Below are positions 1 to 13,100 of a DNA stretch of 64,000 nt, piece after piece (position 1 is the stretch's first letter; the number at the start of each line of letters is the position of its first letter). Position numbers and translations under genes: made by a program. This DNA is from Harriotta raleighana. Its lineage: Eukaryota. The DNA is taken from positions 2,703,907-2,767,906 of the forward strand of contig JBNZDD010013702.1 of NCBI GenBank assembly GCA_050575255.1, read 5' to 3'. The notes beneath the pieces were generated by a model that was given only the letters and a program-made list of their open reading frames with translations, was not told where the DNA came from and ran no database searches.

Positions 1-1032
1 GTCTCCCCCCTTGTCCCTTTTTCCCCCTTTCTTCCCTGGCCCCATTTCCATATGTGTTTGTGGGACACTGCTGTGCGCAATTTGGCTGCCGTGTTTCTTC
101 CCAGATATACACCTGGTTTTCCTTCTCTCTTCCTCCTACCCCAACCCCTCCCCTTGCCCTCTTTCCCCCTTTCATCCCTGGCCCTCTCGCTTCCATGACT
201 GTTTGTGGGACACTGCTGTGCGCAATTTGGCTGCCGTGTTTCGCCCACAAATATACAGTCAGTATTTTCCTGCTTTTCTTCCCCCGACCCCTCCCCCCAC
301 TTGACTGTACAGCGCCTTGGGACGTCCTCCTGACGTGAAAGGCGCTATATAAATACAATATATAAATAAAATATAAATAAATTCTCGACTCCCATCTCTA
401 GCTCCAGCCGCAGCCCAGGCCAGGCCGAGCCGGCCCCCTGCTCCCAGCCGGGGAGTGGGAGCCAGATGGCAACTCCCGTGGCATGCGGAAGGAGCCGACC
501 GACCCCCGAGCCCCCCGCAGACACACGGGGTGCATCCCGCGCTCGCGACTGGCGATCATGGTGATGGTAGTGGCGGCGGCGGCACCTAACCCTCCGGTGT
601 TGGATGTAGAAGACCCTTCCGCCCGTCTGATCTTATCCATCTTGAATCCCTTCCCTACTATCCTCCCACCACATGCATCCTGTTGCTTTTTAAAATGAGA
701 CCCAATGTCCTTGGCCTCAACCATTTTTCCTGGCAACTTTGAACTGTCTCAGTTCCATAAATTGATACATTTCAAAGCAAAATGATGATTTGATTAGCGT
801 TATGGAACATATATTACTGGTTGACTTGTACATTTTTATTCTGTTCAGGTTTATACCAAAAATGTATAAATTAAGATTCCCAAAGAGAAAACCTTTATTT
901 ATAGGAAACACTTGTTGTATAAATGAATATGCAAGAGTCGAACTGAGCAGTTTTGACGATCTTCTGCACTACATATTTAAACCTTATAAGAGCAATGGTA
1001 ACTCTTTGAATTTTTTGCTGTTTGTGTACCAG

Positions 1033-1156
1033 GAAGGCTGTGGAGAGTCTAGCTGGCAACAGCGATGTAGAAGTTCAACGAGTTAAGGATCAGGCTCAGA
1101 AGGATGTGCAGCAGGTGAAAGAGATTCTTGGTAAACAAATCCATCTTTTGGAAGAG
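1033..1156 (+). CDS. cdk5rap2: CDK5RAP2-like exon (KAVESLAGNSDVEVQRVK...HLLEE)
   Basis: cag|G...GAG|gtgagc; open frame resembling CDK5RAP2 KAVESLA. Confidence 0.85.
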
Positions 1157-4100
1157 GTGAGCACTTTGTAGTTTGGTTTAAAGAAACTATTGATTAAACC
1201 CATTCCACTGCCCCTTTTCAAGCACTCTGGGTCGCTACCCTGTGTGGGTGGAGGGGGCACTAAATAAATGCAAGTTGTTCTTTTTCCACAGCCTTTTATA
1301 TTTTTGGTTCCTGTCTTTATAACTTGCATTGTATTATGTTGGGTTGGGAGTTTTCCTCAAATAAAGTGTAATATAAATCTGTTTTTTTCCCCCTCTGCAT
1401 CTAGGATGTCAAAACTACCCAGGCCGAGTTGGAAAAGATGGCTGCCATCGCAGAGCAGGAGAAACTTCGAAGCATAAGCCTTGAGAAGCAAATTCTAGCA
1501 ACGAACAAGCAGAACCGTACAGGGTTGGCCTTATCCCCGGAGCAAATCAAAATCCTTCCAGAAAAAGAACAGTCAGTTCCTTTATGTTTATCAATATTTT
1601 AACTTGTGCAATATCAAAACTTGTACAGTATTTGTTTATCACCTGCTTTTTCCCGTGTCGAAACCATTTCTAATTTTGACTTTCTGATAACTTTCTTGAG
1701 ATTCACTAAATTCTTTTAAGAGTTAGCATTGAAAGCTTCGCTATACTCAAGTGTGGGTAGAAGTCAGTTGTAGAATTTTTAAAAAATGTCTATTTAATAT
1801 CATCTAGGCTGATTGAGGATCTGAATGAAGCCATTAAGGGCAAAGATGCTCTTATTGATCAACTAAAGAATGAAAAATCAAAACTACAAGGCAACCATAC
1901 GCAACCTTTAGAAGAAAAGATTCAGGAGCTTGCTGAGGCTCTTCACAAGAAAGCTGGTGAAACTGAAGTAGGTAGCCTTTTAATCTATGAATAGTAACCC
2001 TTGCATTTGATATAGTGCTTTATCACGTCTTCAAGGCATCTCAAAACTCTTCACAGAATATACTGTAAAGTGAATTAACTGTATATTTGAGGGCAAAATG
2101 CTTCAGCTAGTTGTGAACAGCAGTGTCCCACAAAGTCATAGATTGAGTGACCAAATTACTTTTTTTTTAAGGCATTATTAGGCATGGGAGTAAGGAATCT
2201 TATCCAAGGTTTCACATACGGAATTGAACCCAGGTCTCTCACTAACAAAACGAGTGCTCGAACCACTAAGCTACCCTACTGCAGGGTTTTTTTAAACAAG
2301 ATTTAAAAAAAAAATATGTGCATCAAATTCACCTGCTCAGTGTTGCGGTATGGCTTCCTTATACTGGTAAAATTGTTTAGAGTACTTCCCAAACCTGTGG
2401 CTTTTGCTCAGTTCCTGATTGTTGGTTTATCATCTCGAGCGTAAATGGATTTTACTGAGGGTCGAGGGAAAAAAATGGAAGATTAAATGCCTAAGAAGAT
2501 TTTTTACTCTTTCTTAACGGTCAAAGTTAGTGTGATATTGGTAATGATCTAAATGGTGCAGCATGGTTAAGAGCTGAGCGACAAGCTGGAAGTTTTTTGT
2601 GTGGGATCACCATACGAATAGACTTCCTATATGTCACCCGTGAAGCGTTTTGTGACAACTCAACAAAGTGATAAAATACTGTACAAACCATGAGGTTTGT
2701 TCTAATTAAATTACTGTTTATTGAGCTTTGTAGGAAAAGTGAGTTTCATTTATAATATTCAGAAGCCACAATGAGACAAAAAGGTCATTTTTATCAGTAG
2801 CAGAAATTTGACGCCTATAATTCCCTCCACTCACAGGCACTTCGAGGCGAGCTTGGAAATGAAAGAACTCGTTTTGAGAGCGATATGAAGGTAATCCTTT
2901 AATCAAACACAAAGTATTAAGGAGCGAAAGATCTTTTTAACATGCAGTTAAAATATTAGAACCGGAATTACCCATGATACATGTAAAAGGCCTTCCTGCT
3001 TTGAATTTGAGGACAAATTCTGTACTGATGCGGCTTCCTTATTCTGGTTGCTTTTGGAATTAACTTTGTTGCAACATTCTTGAGATAAATGCTTTGTTTC
3101 AGCAAATACCGATGTCACCTCAAGATCTTAATCTACTTCTCATTATCTTTCACTTGATTTCTTTTGGGGCATTCATGTGCTTGGTAACGCAACTATCAGG
3201 AAAGGCCAATCAGTGTGTTAAATTTGTATATGGCTGGCTGTGTTAGTTTTTCAGAAATTGGGTCAGATAAAATCTCAATCTGAATTCCTTTGTGCATTTC
3301 ATTTGGCAGCGGTTATTGCTTGGTACTGGATGTGCAGAAATGATTGTCTGGTGCCTGGTGCTAAGTGGTTCTCATTCTGATCGATGGAATATGGTAGAAT
3401 GGAACACACACAGCTGTGCAGAGCTGCAAAATAGTTGATTTTTCCTTTGTTAAACCATCTGTATTTTACAGATGGTTTAACAAAGGAAACTAAATAGTTT
3501 TGTCACTACAAGACACATGAACTGGCCGTTTAAACCCCTGTGTTACTAAGTCAGCAGCATCTATGCAAATAAGTTCTCTCTACTTTGTTACCGTTTTGTG
3601 ACACAAAGCACAGTCTCCATCATGAGTTTTGATTTCCTTTTTCTATTGGTTCTGCTCAACTTTAGCAAATGAGAAACTATACTTCTATTTAAGGTCGATC
3701 CTTTTCAGACTTAATGTTTATAACAATCCTTACATTTGATATAGCTCTTCTTCACATCTAGACGTATCAAAGCGCTTCACAGATTAGAGTGTAAAATGAA
3801 TTGACTGTATATTTGTGGGCAAAATACGGCAGCTAATTGTGCACAACAGTTTCCCACAAATGTGGATTAAGTGATCAAATTATTATTATTTTTCTTTGGA
3901 GGGATTATTATCAGGCGTGTGGAGTAAGAAAACTTGCCCAAGGTTTCGCCCTTACTGGAATCAAACCCATGTCTCTCACTTGCAAGGCGAGTGCTCTAAC
4001 CACTGAACTACAGAATTATAAAATTCTGAAGTGTAAATTTATCACATCTCCACTATGAATAATTTTTGTTGCAGTCAAAGTAGGAAATATGTTTTCCTAG

Positions 4101-7100
4101 GTCGGATCGTCTTTTCTGCCCCGACCTAGAACTCCATCCCAGAATGCCTCCTGTTCGCCCCCTCTCTTGCTTCTTTCAAGGACCGTCTCTAGACCTTCCT
4201 CTTTGACCGAGCCTTCGGTCACCCTCCCACCCATCTCTGTCCAATGCCTTGGGATGAACTCCTGACATGAAAGACTCTATATAAATACAATTTGGTTTTG
4301 TTGTCGTTGTCTTAAAGGCATCTGACAGCTATATTTTTAAACAATTTCTTAGGGGTGCGTTATTTGCCAATTTTTGGGTATTTCAAGCCATACCCAATTA
4401 TGCGGATTAAATGGTTAATGAGATAGCAAAATCTATTTGGGGGGGATTAGAGCCATGCACCTGGTTTGCTACATTGTCATTTCACTTGGCGTGCTAATCC
4501 TGTTACAAGGCTATACCAATTGACTTTTTCTGCAGGGGAGTCCAGAAAGAATAGAATTCAGAAAAAGCAAAACTCTTTTCAACAGTAGAACATGAGGGAA
4601 TATGTGAGCAAAGTTAAGGAATAACGTAGGCAATAACGTTAAAAAGGTCTCTTTCAAATAATTTTGATGTGCGTTTCAAGATTTTTGGTGTTGGTGTCAC
4701 ATCTAAGTAACTAACACCTTGCCAAATGATTTTTCTGGTTCAGCAAATCCTCAGTTGGTTGGAGGAACTTGTAAGGGAGGGTCCCTGTAAGATAAAGTAT
4801 TCTTTTGTGAAGGCCTGGTGAAAATGAAATTACTGCAGCATGGAGATTTGAAGTGGACATGAACATTCGTTTGGAAAAATAGGAAGAGGAAAAGAGAAAA
4901 ATTGCCAGCTTGGCACCACTTGTGGGTTTCTACTCAAGAAAGTGACTTAACTTGAAGCGAAATGTCCCACAGCGTTTTAACCTAGTAAAGTGACTTTGTG
5001 TGTGAAAGCTGCAACATTTTTTTAAAAAAAAGCATAAAACTGGAATTAGTATCAGCAACATTTGAAGCCCGCCTAGCAGAATATCATGCGACTCTTTTCC
5101 TGCACATGTGGCTCAGATTCAGCCCAAAATAAGAAGTTTAATTGAAGATCTTTAAACCACCATGAAAATTATCAATTCATTTTTGTAGGTTGATGGATTC
5201 CTGAAATGTGTATTTTTAAACCATTTAACTAAACTTTAGCTGCTTGAAGAAACTTTATTCAAGAAATAATTCAGCCTACTCCATGTGCCATACAAGATGT
5301 AACTAAAAAATTTCCCTTCAACAGGAAACTAGTGGTTTTTCTGCAGTAGCGTGCAGGCTTAGTTCTGCTATGTTTGTCATTTCGAAAGTTCTGTGGAAAA
5401 ATGATCAGTAAGCCTTGATGTCAGTTGACCCACCCAGATTTGAACATCTTAAATTTCTTTTTCTAAACATATTAATAACGTTGACGGAACTACAGCGGAA
5501 CCAGTGGGTTTAGTTAGTTGAGAGATTCATTAGAGTGTGAGGTGTATTTTTCTGGGATTGTACTTCGATAAGAGCGCATCTGTAAAATCCTGTGTCCCCG
5601 TGACTGTTAGTCCCCTCTCCGCATAACTCTCGAAGGGTGAGCTAATGAAGGTTTTGTGCACCAGCTGCCAGTGAGTAAATCAGTTCTCGGTTTATGGTTA
5701 TCTGTGCCGAGGAAGAAGAAAAGACTTGATCTCGTCAACTCAAGACGATGTGAGAGCAAACGTTACTCACTTGATGGTCATGTGCTCGATGAGTCCTGTC
5801 CTATCAGATGCCTGTTGTCTCTGGACTAATCACGAGTTGGGATCGTGTCTTCAGTCAGGAAGTGTGCCTTTGCTGAACGGGACTGTATTGTCACAAACTT
5901 GGTGCCTTTGAAACCGACAAAATTTGCTGGAGTTGGTATCAGCATTGTGTATGATTCACAGGCGTGTTGCTTTACTGCCGGGAAGGTGCAAGTGATTGTC
6001 ATAGCAACGTCTGATGCAGTCGTCCGTCCCTCTGGCTTTTATTTTATTTTGAGAATCTATCCGTGGAAGATCAGAAGGCCTGAACTAGCTTTGTATCAAT
6101 TGTATTTAGCAATTCCATTTCAAGAAGGGCCCGGTCAGCTGTGTTTTGTTTTTAATGAGAGCTTCACCACGTGAGACCCTAATTTTCTGAAGATGAAGGA
6201 TCTCTGCCGTGTCTGTGCCAGTGGGCTTCAAGGAAATCAGCGTCGCTGGATTTTCAGCATCTCTGGCAAAAGGAGGCTGCAAGTTGTTCTGTCTTTCGTG
6301 TTGGACTGTACAGTCAGCCGCGATGGCGAAGGAGAATTCTTGTGCAGCAAATGCGTCTTTATGCTGGAGAAGGTATTTAAATGCGATCTCGTTATCGCGC
6401 ATGTTCGGGCCCTTGCTGTTGAGAAACTGCAGAGCATTACGGCAGAGAAGAAGCACCTAATTCAGTGCATTACTCGTTTGTATTATCGATATAATAAGAA
6501 GTCTACAGTTCCCCGATACCAAGAGCCGGGCAGCACTCCGGAATCTGCCAGCCTGCCTGGTTTGAATTACAGCAGGCTCCTGCGAGGTGAATTTTCCCTT
6601 TATGAATGTGGACACAAAACACCGAGGAGGAATAGTAACGGAAGATTCAGCTGCTTCAGCTGCCCACGGCATACTCGTGGGCACATTATGAGAAAGTGCT
6701 TCAGTTACGACTTGTCACGTGTAACGGATTCTTTGTACGATTCGGTGTACTCGACCCCGAGATGGTCCGCACACAGGTCAGGACCTGGACGCGTCCGTCC
6801 ATTAAGCAGGCAATCGCCCGGCATGTCTCTTGAGTTGGTACAGAGGAGCAGCGTGTCACCAAAGAAGGAGGGCAGTGGACCCAGTCTGAGGCAATCCCTT
6901 TGCGCAGAGAGTGCATCAGTGGCATCATTAAATCTAAGCCGAATTGACTGGAAAATCGACGAAGAGCTGGAGGAAATTCAGCTCTTGTCGGAGTCTGATT
7001 GTGCAGCGCTGGGTGGTTGCTGCCTCCTAATGAGGGAGTCTGTTGCTGAGGCGATTCAGCAAATAAAACATTTTCAGTGCAGACCCGTACCATACTGGTC

Positions 7101-10100
7101 ACACAGCAAGATCCCAGTATCTGTGAAGTATTCTGCACGGAGACCAGCATCAGGATGCAGTATTGCAAGGCCCCTAGAAGGAACCTTTGATCTTGAAGAA
7201 GTTAGGTCTGTGCAGAAACTCTTGGAAGACATGGAAGATGAATATAGTCCCCTAAAAACGGAGGTAGTTAATGCCATTAATATTTAACCTGTTGCTTTGT
7301 GTCAAAGATTTGTTTTTGTTTTGGTCTGGCTCCCTTTTTATGCTTAAGCCATCACAAGGTATTCTATTTAAAACCGACAAGGCAGTGCATTTAATCTCAA
7401 AGTGCTGTAACCTTTTAAAATTCTACCAGAGAGCATTCGAGCATCCAAGTTGTATGAAAAATATTGAGTTTTTAAAAAAATGAAAGAGTATTTGTTTAGC
7501 AGAACTTCTCATTGTGTCTTTTCTCTCTCTCTCTCTCACTCTCGCTCGCCTCTCGATCTCTTTTCCCTCTTCCCCAGAACCTGGTTGAGAAACATAGGCA
7601 ATTAGGGCAGCTGGAGGTGGAAGCCAGGCAACTAAACTCTGACCTGGAGAGGGCTCAGACTACTATCTGTGCACTGCAGGAAAAGCTAAAGCAAGCAGAT
7701 CATGCCAACAAGGTACAACATTGGTTTAAAGAACAAGTATTGGAATATTATTCTTTAAAATGTCTTTTTTGTTTGCCTATAAAATACTTTTTTTTTCTAT
7801 TAAATGTCATTTGGTATAATTGTTTCATATGTTACTTAGTGCATAAAGTCTTAATCAAAGGTGTTGCATCAAATTTGGTTTAGATCCTGCAGGAACATGT
7901 TGAAGAAGAGAAGAGCAATCTGACTGCTGAGAAGCAGAACAGTCTGAAACGAGATAAAACCATTCAAGGACTGACTCTGGCTCTGAAGGCCAAAGAGAAA
8001 GAGGTATGTGTGTTTGCAGTGGTCAAGATAGATAATTGAATATTTAAATATTTCTCATTATTAAGACATACTTGTGCTGCCGATGTGGCGGGCTTGAAAC
8101 CAGTCTGTTCATGAATGTACAGTATTTGTGGAATCCTGTAGCTTAATGGGTAGAGCACTCGCCTCGCAAGCGAGAAGGTCTGGGTTTGATTCCCAGGCCG
8201 GGCGATGTGTTAGAAAAGTTCTCTTACTAAACATGCCTTTGTTTACCCAACGGTAAGTACCAATCCAGTTATTAGTTGATTGGTTGATTGCTTTTCTGGG
8301 GTTAATAATCCCTTCCAAAAAAATATTATTATTATTTTGTCGACAACTATAATTTACAACTGCTGATGGAAAATGGCTGCTGCATTCCTCCCACAAATAT
8401 TCAGTCAATTCATTTTATGGTATATTCTGTGTTGCACTTTGAGTTGCCTTAAAGACATGATAATGGCGATATCAAATAAATGCAAGGATTATTGAACAGT
8501 TCCTTTAACATTAGATCTTTTTGTTTAAACAGATTGAAGAGCTTTGTCATGAAATTGAAGATCGGGATGATGCGCTGGCAAAAGCTAGGGATTCGTTGCA
8601 TAAGGCCCAACTACAGAAATTCCAGGTAAAAACTAAATTGCTAAAATTGTTTTTTTTTCATTTCAGCAGTGGGCTGAGATTTAGTTTTACACATGTATTA
8701 ATTGTAATACATATCATACTCTTGTGAAACTAAGTTAGGCTAAAGCACCAAACATTTTCACATTGATTCTAGAGTAGACTCAAATTTTAGTTTGGGAGGA
8801 TAGAACTTTTGAATATCCCCCGTCTTTTCTTCCTCCCTCCCTTTCTCCCCTTCCCTCCCTTTCTCCCCTTCCCTCCCTCTTCCCTCTTACCCACCGTTCT
8901 CCCCATTTCTACCTGATTTTGCCCCCCAGCCACCTTTCCCTCCCTCTTCCCCCTTGCCCTCTTTCTCTCCCCATTTCCTCCCTTATTTCCCCCTTGCCCC
9001 CCTTTCTCCCCCCCCCCATTTTCCTCCCTTATTTTACCCCATCCCGCCTTTCCCTCATTCTCCCCACTTACCCTCTTTCTCCACCGGCCCCACTTCCGCG
9101 ACTGTTTGTGGGACACTGCTGTGCACAATTTGGCTGCCCTGTTTCGCCCACAAATATACAGTTGTTTTTTTCCTATTCTCCTTCCCCCTACCCCGACGCT
9201 TCCATTGCCATCTTTTCCCCCTTTCTCTCCTAATCCCAATTCCATGCCTGTTTGTGGGTCACTGCTGTGCGCAATTTGGCTGCTGCGTTTCAACAACAAA
9301 TATACAGTCAATTTTTTTCTACTTTCCTTCCCCCAACCACCCCCCTCCCCCCCCCCGCTCTGATCCCTGCTTGACTGTACAGCGCCTTGGGATGTCTTCC
9401 CGACATGAAAAGCACTATATAAATATAATTTTGATTGATTGATTGATTTTAAATGTCTCAAAGCGTTTCTCAGAATATACTGTAAAATGAATTGACTATA
9501 TTTTGTGGGCACAGCTCAGTGCCTGTGTGAAAATAAGAATATGTGATCAATTGCTATGTTCTTTATGGGTCGGGATTGCCGTATAGAACAGTGGTGTGGC
9601 GGGGGATTGGGGTGCGGTGGAGAAGATTCAACAGTTTAAATCTGCTATCCTAATGTTTAAGATGATCTTGAGCTAGACTTGCGACTTTTATTTCATGTCC
9701 AGGGAGCAGAAGAGTATCAAAACCTTTTAACTGAGAAGGAAACAGAGTTGGCACAGTTGCGTGCTGGGCACAACGGGAAAGCGATGGAGACACAGAAGTT
9801 ACAGCGCGCATTGAACCGACAAGAGCAAGAACTGAACAACTTGAATCAAGCAAAGGGTCAGCTGGAGAGAGAACTGGAAGATATGCAGCTTCAGAAAACA
9901 AAGGGCGACAAGGCAGTCAATGTGAGTGACATCAATTATTTACTATCAAATGCAAAGATTATTATTATCATAGGGAAGGGGATTTTTAAGGGAAGTGTTT
10001 AATATTACCAGAAAAACATAATAAGACTGTCAGAACATTTCTTTGAACCAGGCTGCATAGGAAGGAAAAGCTATGTTAAATAATTGGTTATGGGCTGTGT

Positions 10101-13100
10101 TCCAGATAGCGCAGTTTATTTAGGAATGTACTGAGGAATGTCTTATCAGGATTTAGGCAAATACATTTTCTACTTTGACCAATTAAAAAAAAACTGACTT
10201 GCAAGAAGATCAGTGAGCCTGTTCCCTAATGTGCATTTATGATTTTCTTTAAAACCATGCAGTGACAATGTTGTATTTGCTGCTCGGAAAACCCCCATCG
10301 TCTTTGAATGTGTTGTTTTTGCTATTATTAATCTTCCATCTGGAATATAAAATGGTGGCCAAACACTGAAAACAAAACCTCCATCAGTTGTTATTTAGAA
10401 ATATGAATTACAATTAAATTTCAGGAATATTACTCCTTTGAAGCAAGTTTTGTGAAAAAATGTCCCATAAATATGTTAAGTTAACTTTTTTTCTTGCTCC
10501 CTTCAGGATCTTCGGAACCAACTAGAGAAATTGCGCAGTGATCTGACAGCCAAGGAACAGGCAATGGAACAGCAGTATCAAACCCTCCTTAGTGACAGCA
10601 AACAGAAACTGCAGAGCCAAGAAGTAGTTATCGAGCGCCTGACCGACAGTTTAAGCAACAAAGATCAACTGCTCCAGGTGTGGGTCAACAATGATGCTTA
10701 TCTAGGAAAATAGTCCTCTCATTACAAAACAATTTAAGAATAATAATAATCATGCTTGCGTTTAATAATAATCATCCTTGCATTTGATATAGCAGCTTAT
10801 CACATCTTCAAAGCTCTTTGCACTATAAAGTGAACTGACTTTATATTTTGTGGGCATAATAATAATAAAATGATAAGAATAAATAACTATATACATAGCC
10901 CCTTCTCCTAATCCCTTCTGATATGATGTGTTTCATTTTGAATGCAAAGTGTCCGTAGCAAATGGCCTAATTTACAGTTTTCCCCGGAGAAATGTAACAC
11001 AAAGCAATTAGCCTAATTACATTTATAAAAACATTTATTGCAATGAATTCCACTTCAAAAATAGCGCGTGTGGTAAATAGGATGTCATGGCCAGCAGCAG
11101 GTAGACTTGATGACTATCTGCACTAGGGGGGTTGTTACATCCAGAATTATGAATAAGTGAAAGAATTGCGTGCTCGATGTTTGCATTCATCTGAAATTGC
11201 AATTGAAATGTAAATTAAATTGCCTAAGCACATAGTCAAACCTGTAAAATGTGCTGCCAGCTTTACTTTGTGGCTATAGCAAAGCTCTCTCTCCCGCTGG
11301 TCCTTGTGCTTTCAAGAGTGAGTGCAGAATACAAATATCTGACTTGTACCGTCTTGCATTAAGGCCGTTAATTAGCAAGATAACATTCTGAGTTGGGCCT
11401 CAATTATAGTGCATAAGAATCAGCTACCAATATCATTACCGTGCAGCCATTTCCACAAGTGAGGCTGATTGGCAAGCCACAAGTGGATTATTAACAGCTT
11501 CATTAGTGGAACTCTTTATCGTGTCTCGCAGCAGATAATTAGTAGAAGATCCTTAGTTATAATTTACTGCATTTTACATGTAACCCTAATTAGGTTTTCC
11601 GCACTGAATGTTTGAACTCTTGCATATTAGTTAGTTTTAAAAGCTTATTGAGTTCATACGGAACTGGTTTCCGGAACAGTTTCATAGGCCGCGAGCCGGC
11701 CACTGATTCTACTTGCAGGCTGTTATTAATTAGAAGTAAGTGATGTGTGAGAGCGATACCGGGTTTCCAGTCTAAACTCTTTTTTTTACTTCTTCTCACA
11801 CATCCCCCCCGAACCTCCACTCCCCCACATAAGGATTACATGGAGTTGGCAAAAGGAGCTCAGCAAGGAGGGGATCACAGTGGAAAAGATGCCTTGCTGG
11901 CTAAATTGCGTGACCGGCTAAAAGAGAAAGACAAAGCCCTTGAGGTACGCTCCTCATTGAACTAAATCTAAATGTCAAAAGCTTTTTGGATTAATATTGC
12001 ATCCCCCAATCTATTTGTTTTATGGTTTGATGTTTTGTGATTCAAAACCACAGCTGTTGCAAATCCTGTTGGGAAAATTGTAATAAGAGATTCTTGTCTC
12101 TTTCTCTCAAAAAAACCCCAATACCCTTTAATGAATGTGGGTGCAGTTTTATTCAGTCCTGTGTGCAGTGTAACATGTTGTAACATGTATTCTGTACAAT
12201 TTTCTCTGTCAAATCCCTAGCAAGCCATTGATGAGAGGTATGCGGCTATTGACGAAAAGGAGAATGAAATTCGACAGTTGCGCCTAGCTTTGCGAGAAAA
12301 GGAACATGATTTGGATCGACTTAACAGTCTCTTTGCCAACAATGAGGAAACCATCAATGTAAGCACATTTCCTTCACATGTGTTCACAATTATATGCTCT
12401 ACAAGTATGTGTTTGTATACCTCAAACATGACGTTTGAGGTATTTTAAGGTCATTCTCTTAGATGCAAAGGTTAACTGAGGGGGGTCTGAGAATGCTTGA
12501 AAAATATTTATAATGTGTTTTAAGGCATTGAAAATTGCAGTTAACTTTGATTGTTAGCATTCTTTACATTCGCAAAAATAATTTAAGTTTTTAGTTGTGC
12601 AAATATACTATTAAGATCTAAAAGATTCCTGAAATCTAATAACTGCTTTCCAAAGTGTGTGAGACTATTTGCAAGTAAAATTAACATAATGTTGGCTATT
12701 CACCCATCTTTTTGTTTCAGAGTCTGGATAGTGTCATTAAAGAGAAAGACATGGAGTTGCAACATCTCTTGAACACCTGCAAAAACTTACAAAGAGTGAA
12801 GCAGGAACTTGAGGAGAGCCGGGCAAGAGCACTTCGGGAGAAGGATGCCATTATTTCACAGCTGGAGAACGCCTTGAAAAGCAAGACCACGAGTTTGGAG
12901 GTAATAAGCCATTGAACTAAATATTCTAAATACACATTTGCACCACACTGTTGTGCTTCGGATTGTAAAACAACTCTTAGTCTGCATTACCTTTATATTA
13001 AAACAATAATAATTTTTATCATGTTGTTTGCGGGTCGCTGCTGTGCCTAATTGGCTGCCATGTTTCGTCCACAAAATGTAGGGTTACTACACTGTACGGT

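Noticed and set aside
4536-4595. Candidate exon after tttttctgcag
   Set aside because: In-frame stop in the required phase and no compatible donor; exon 2837-2890 fits the expected position instead.
8787-9512. 241-aa G/K-rich minus-strand ORF and similar low-complexity ORFs (21266-21781, 58819-59277)
   Set aside because: By-products of purine/pyrimidine-biased repeats or the CpG island; no splice or domain support.
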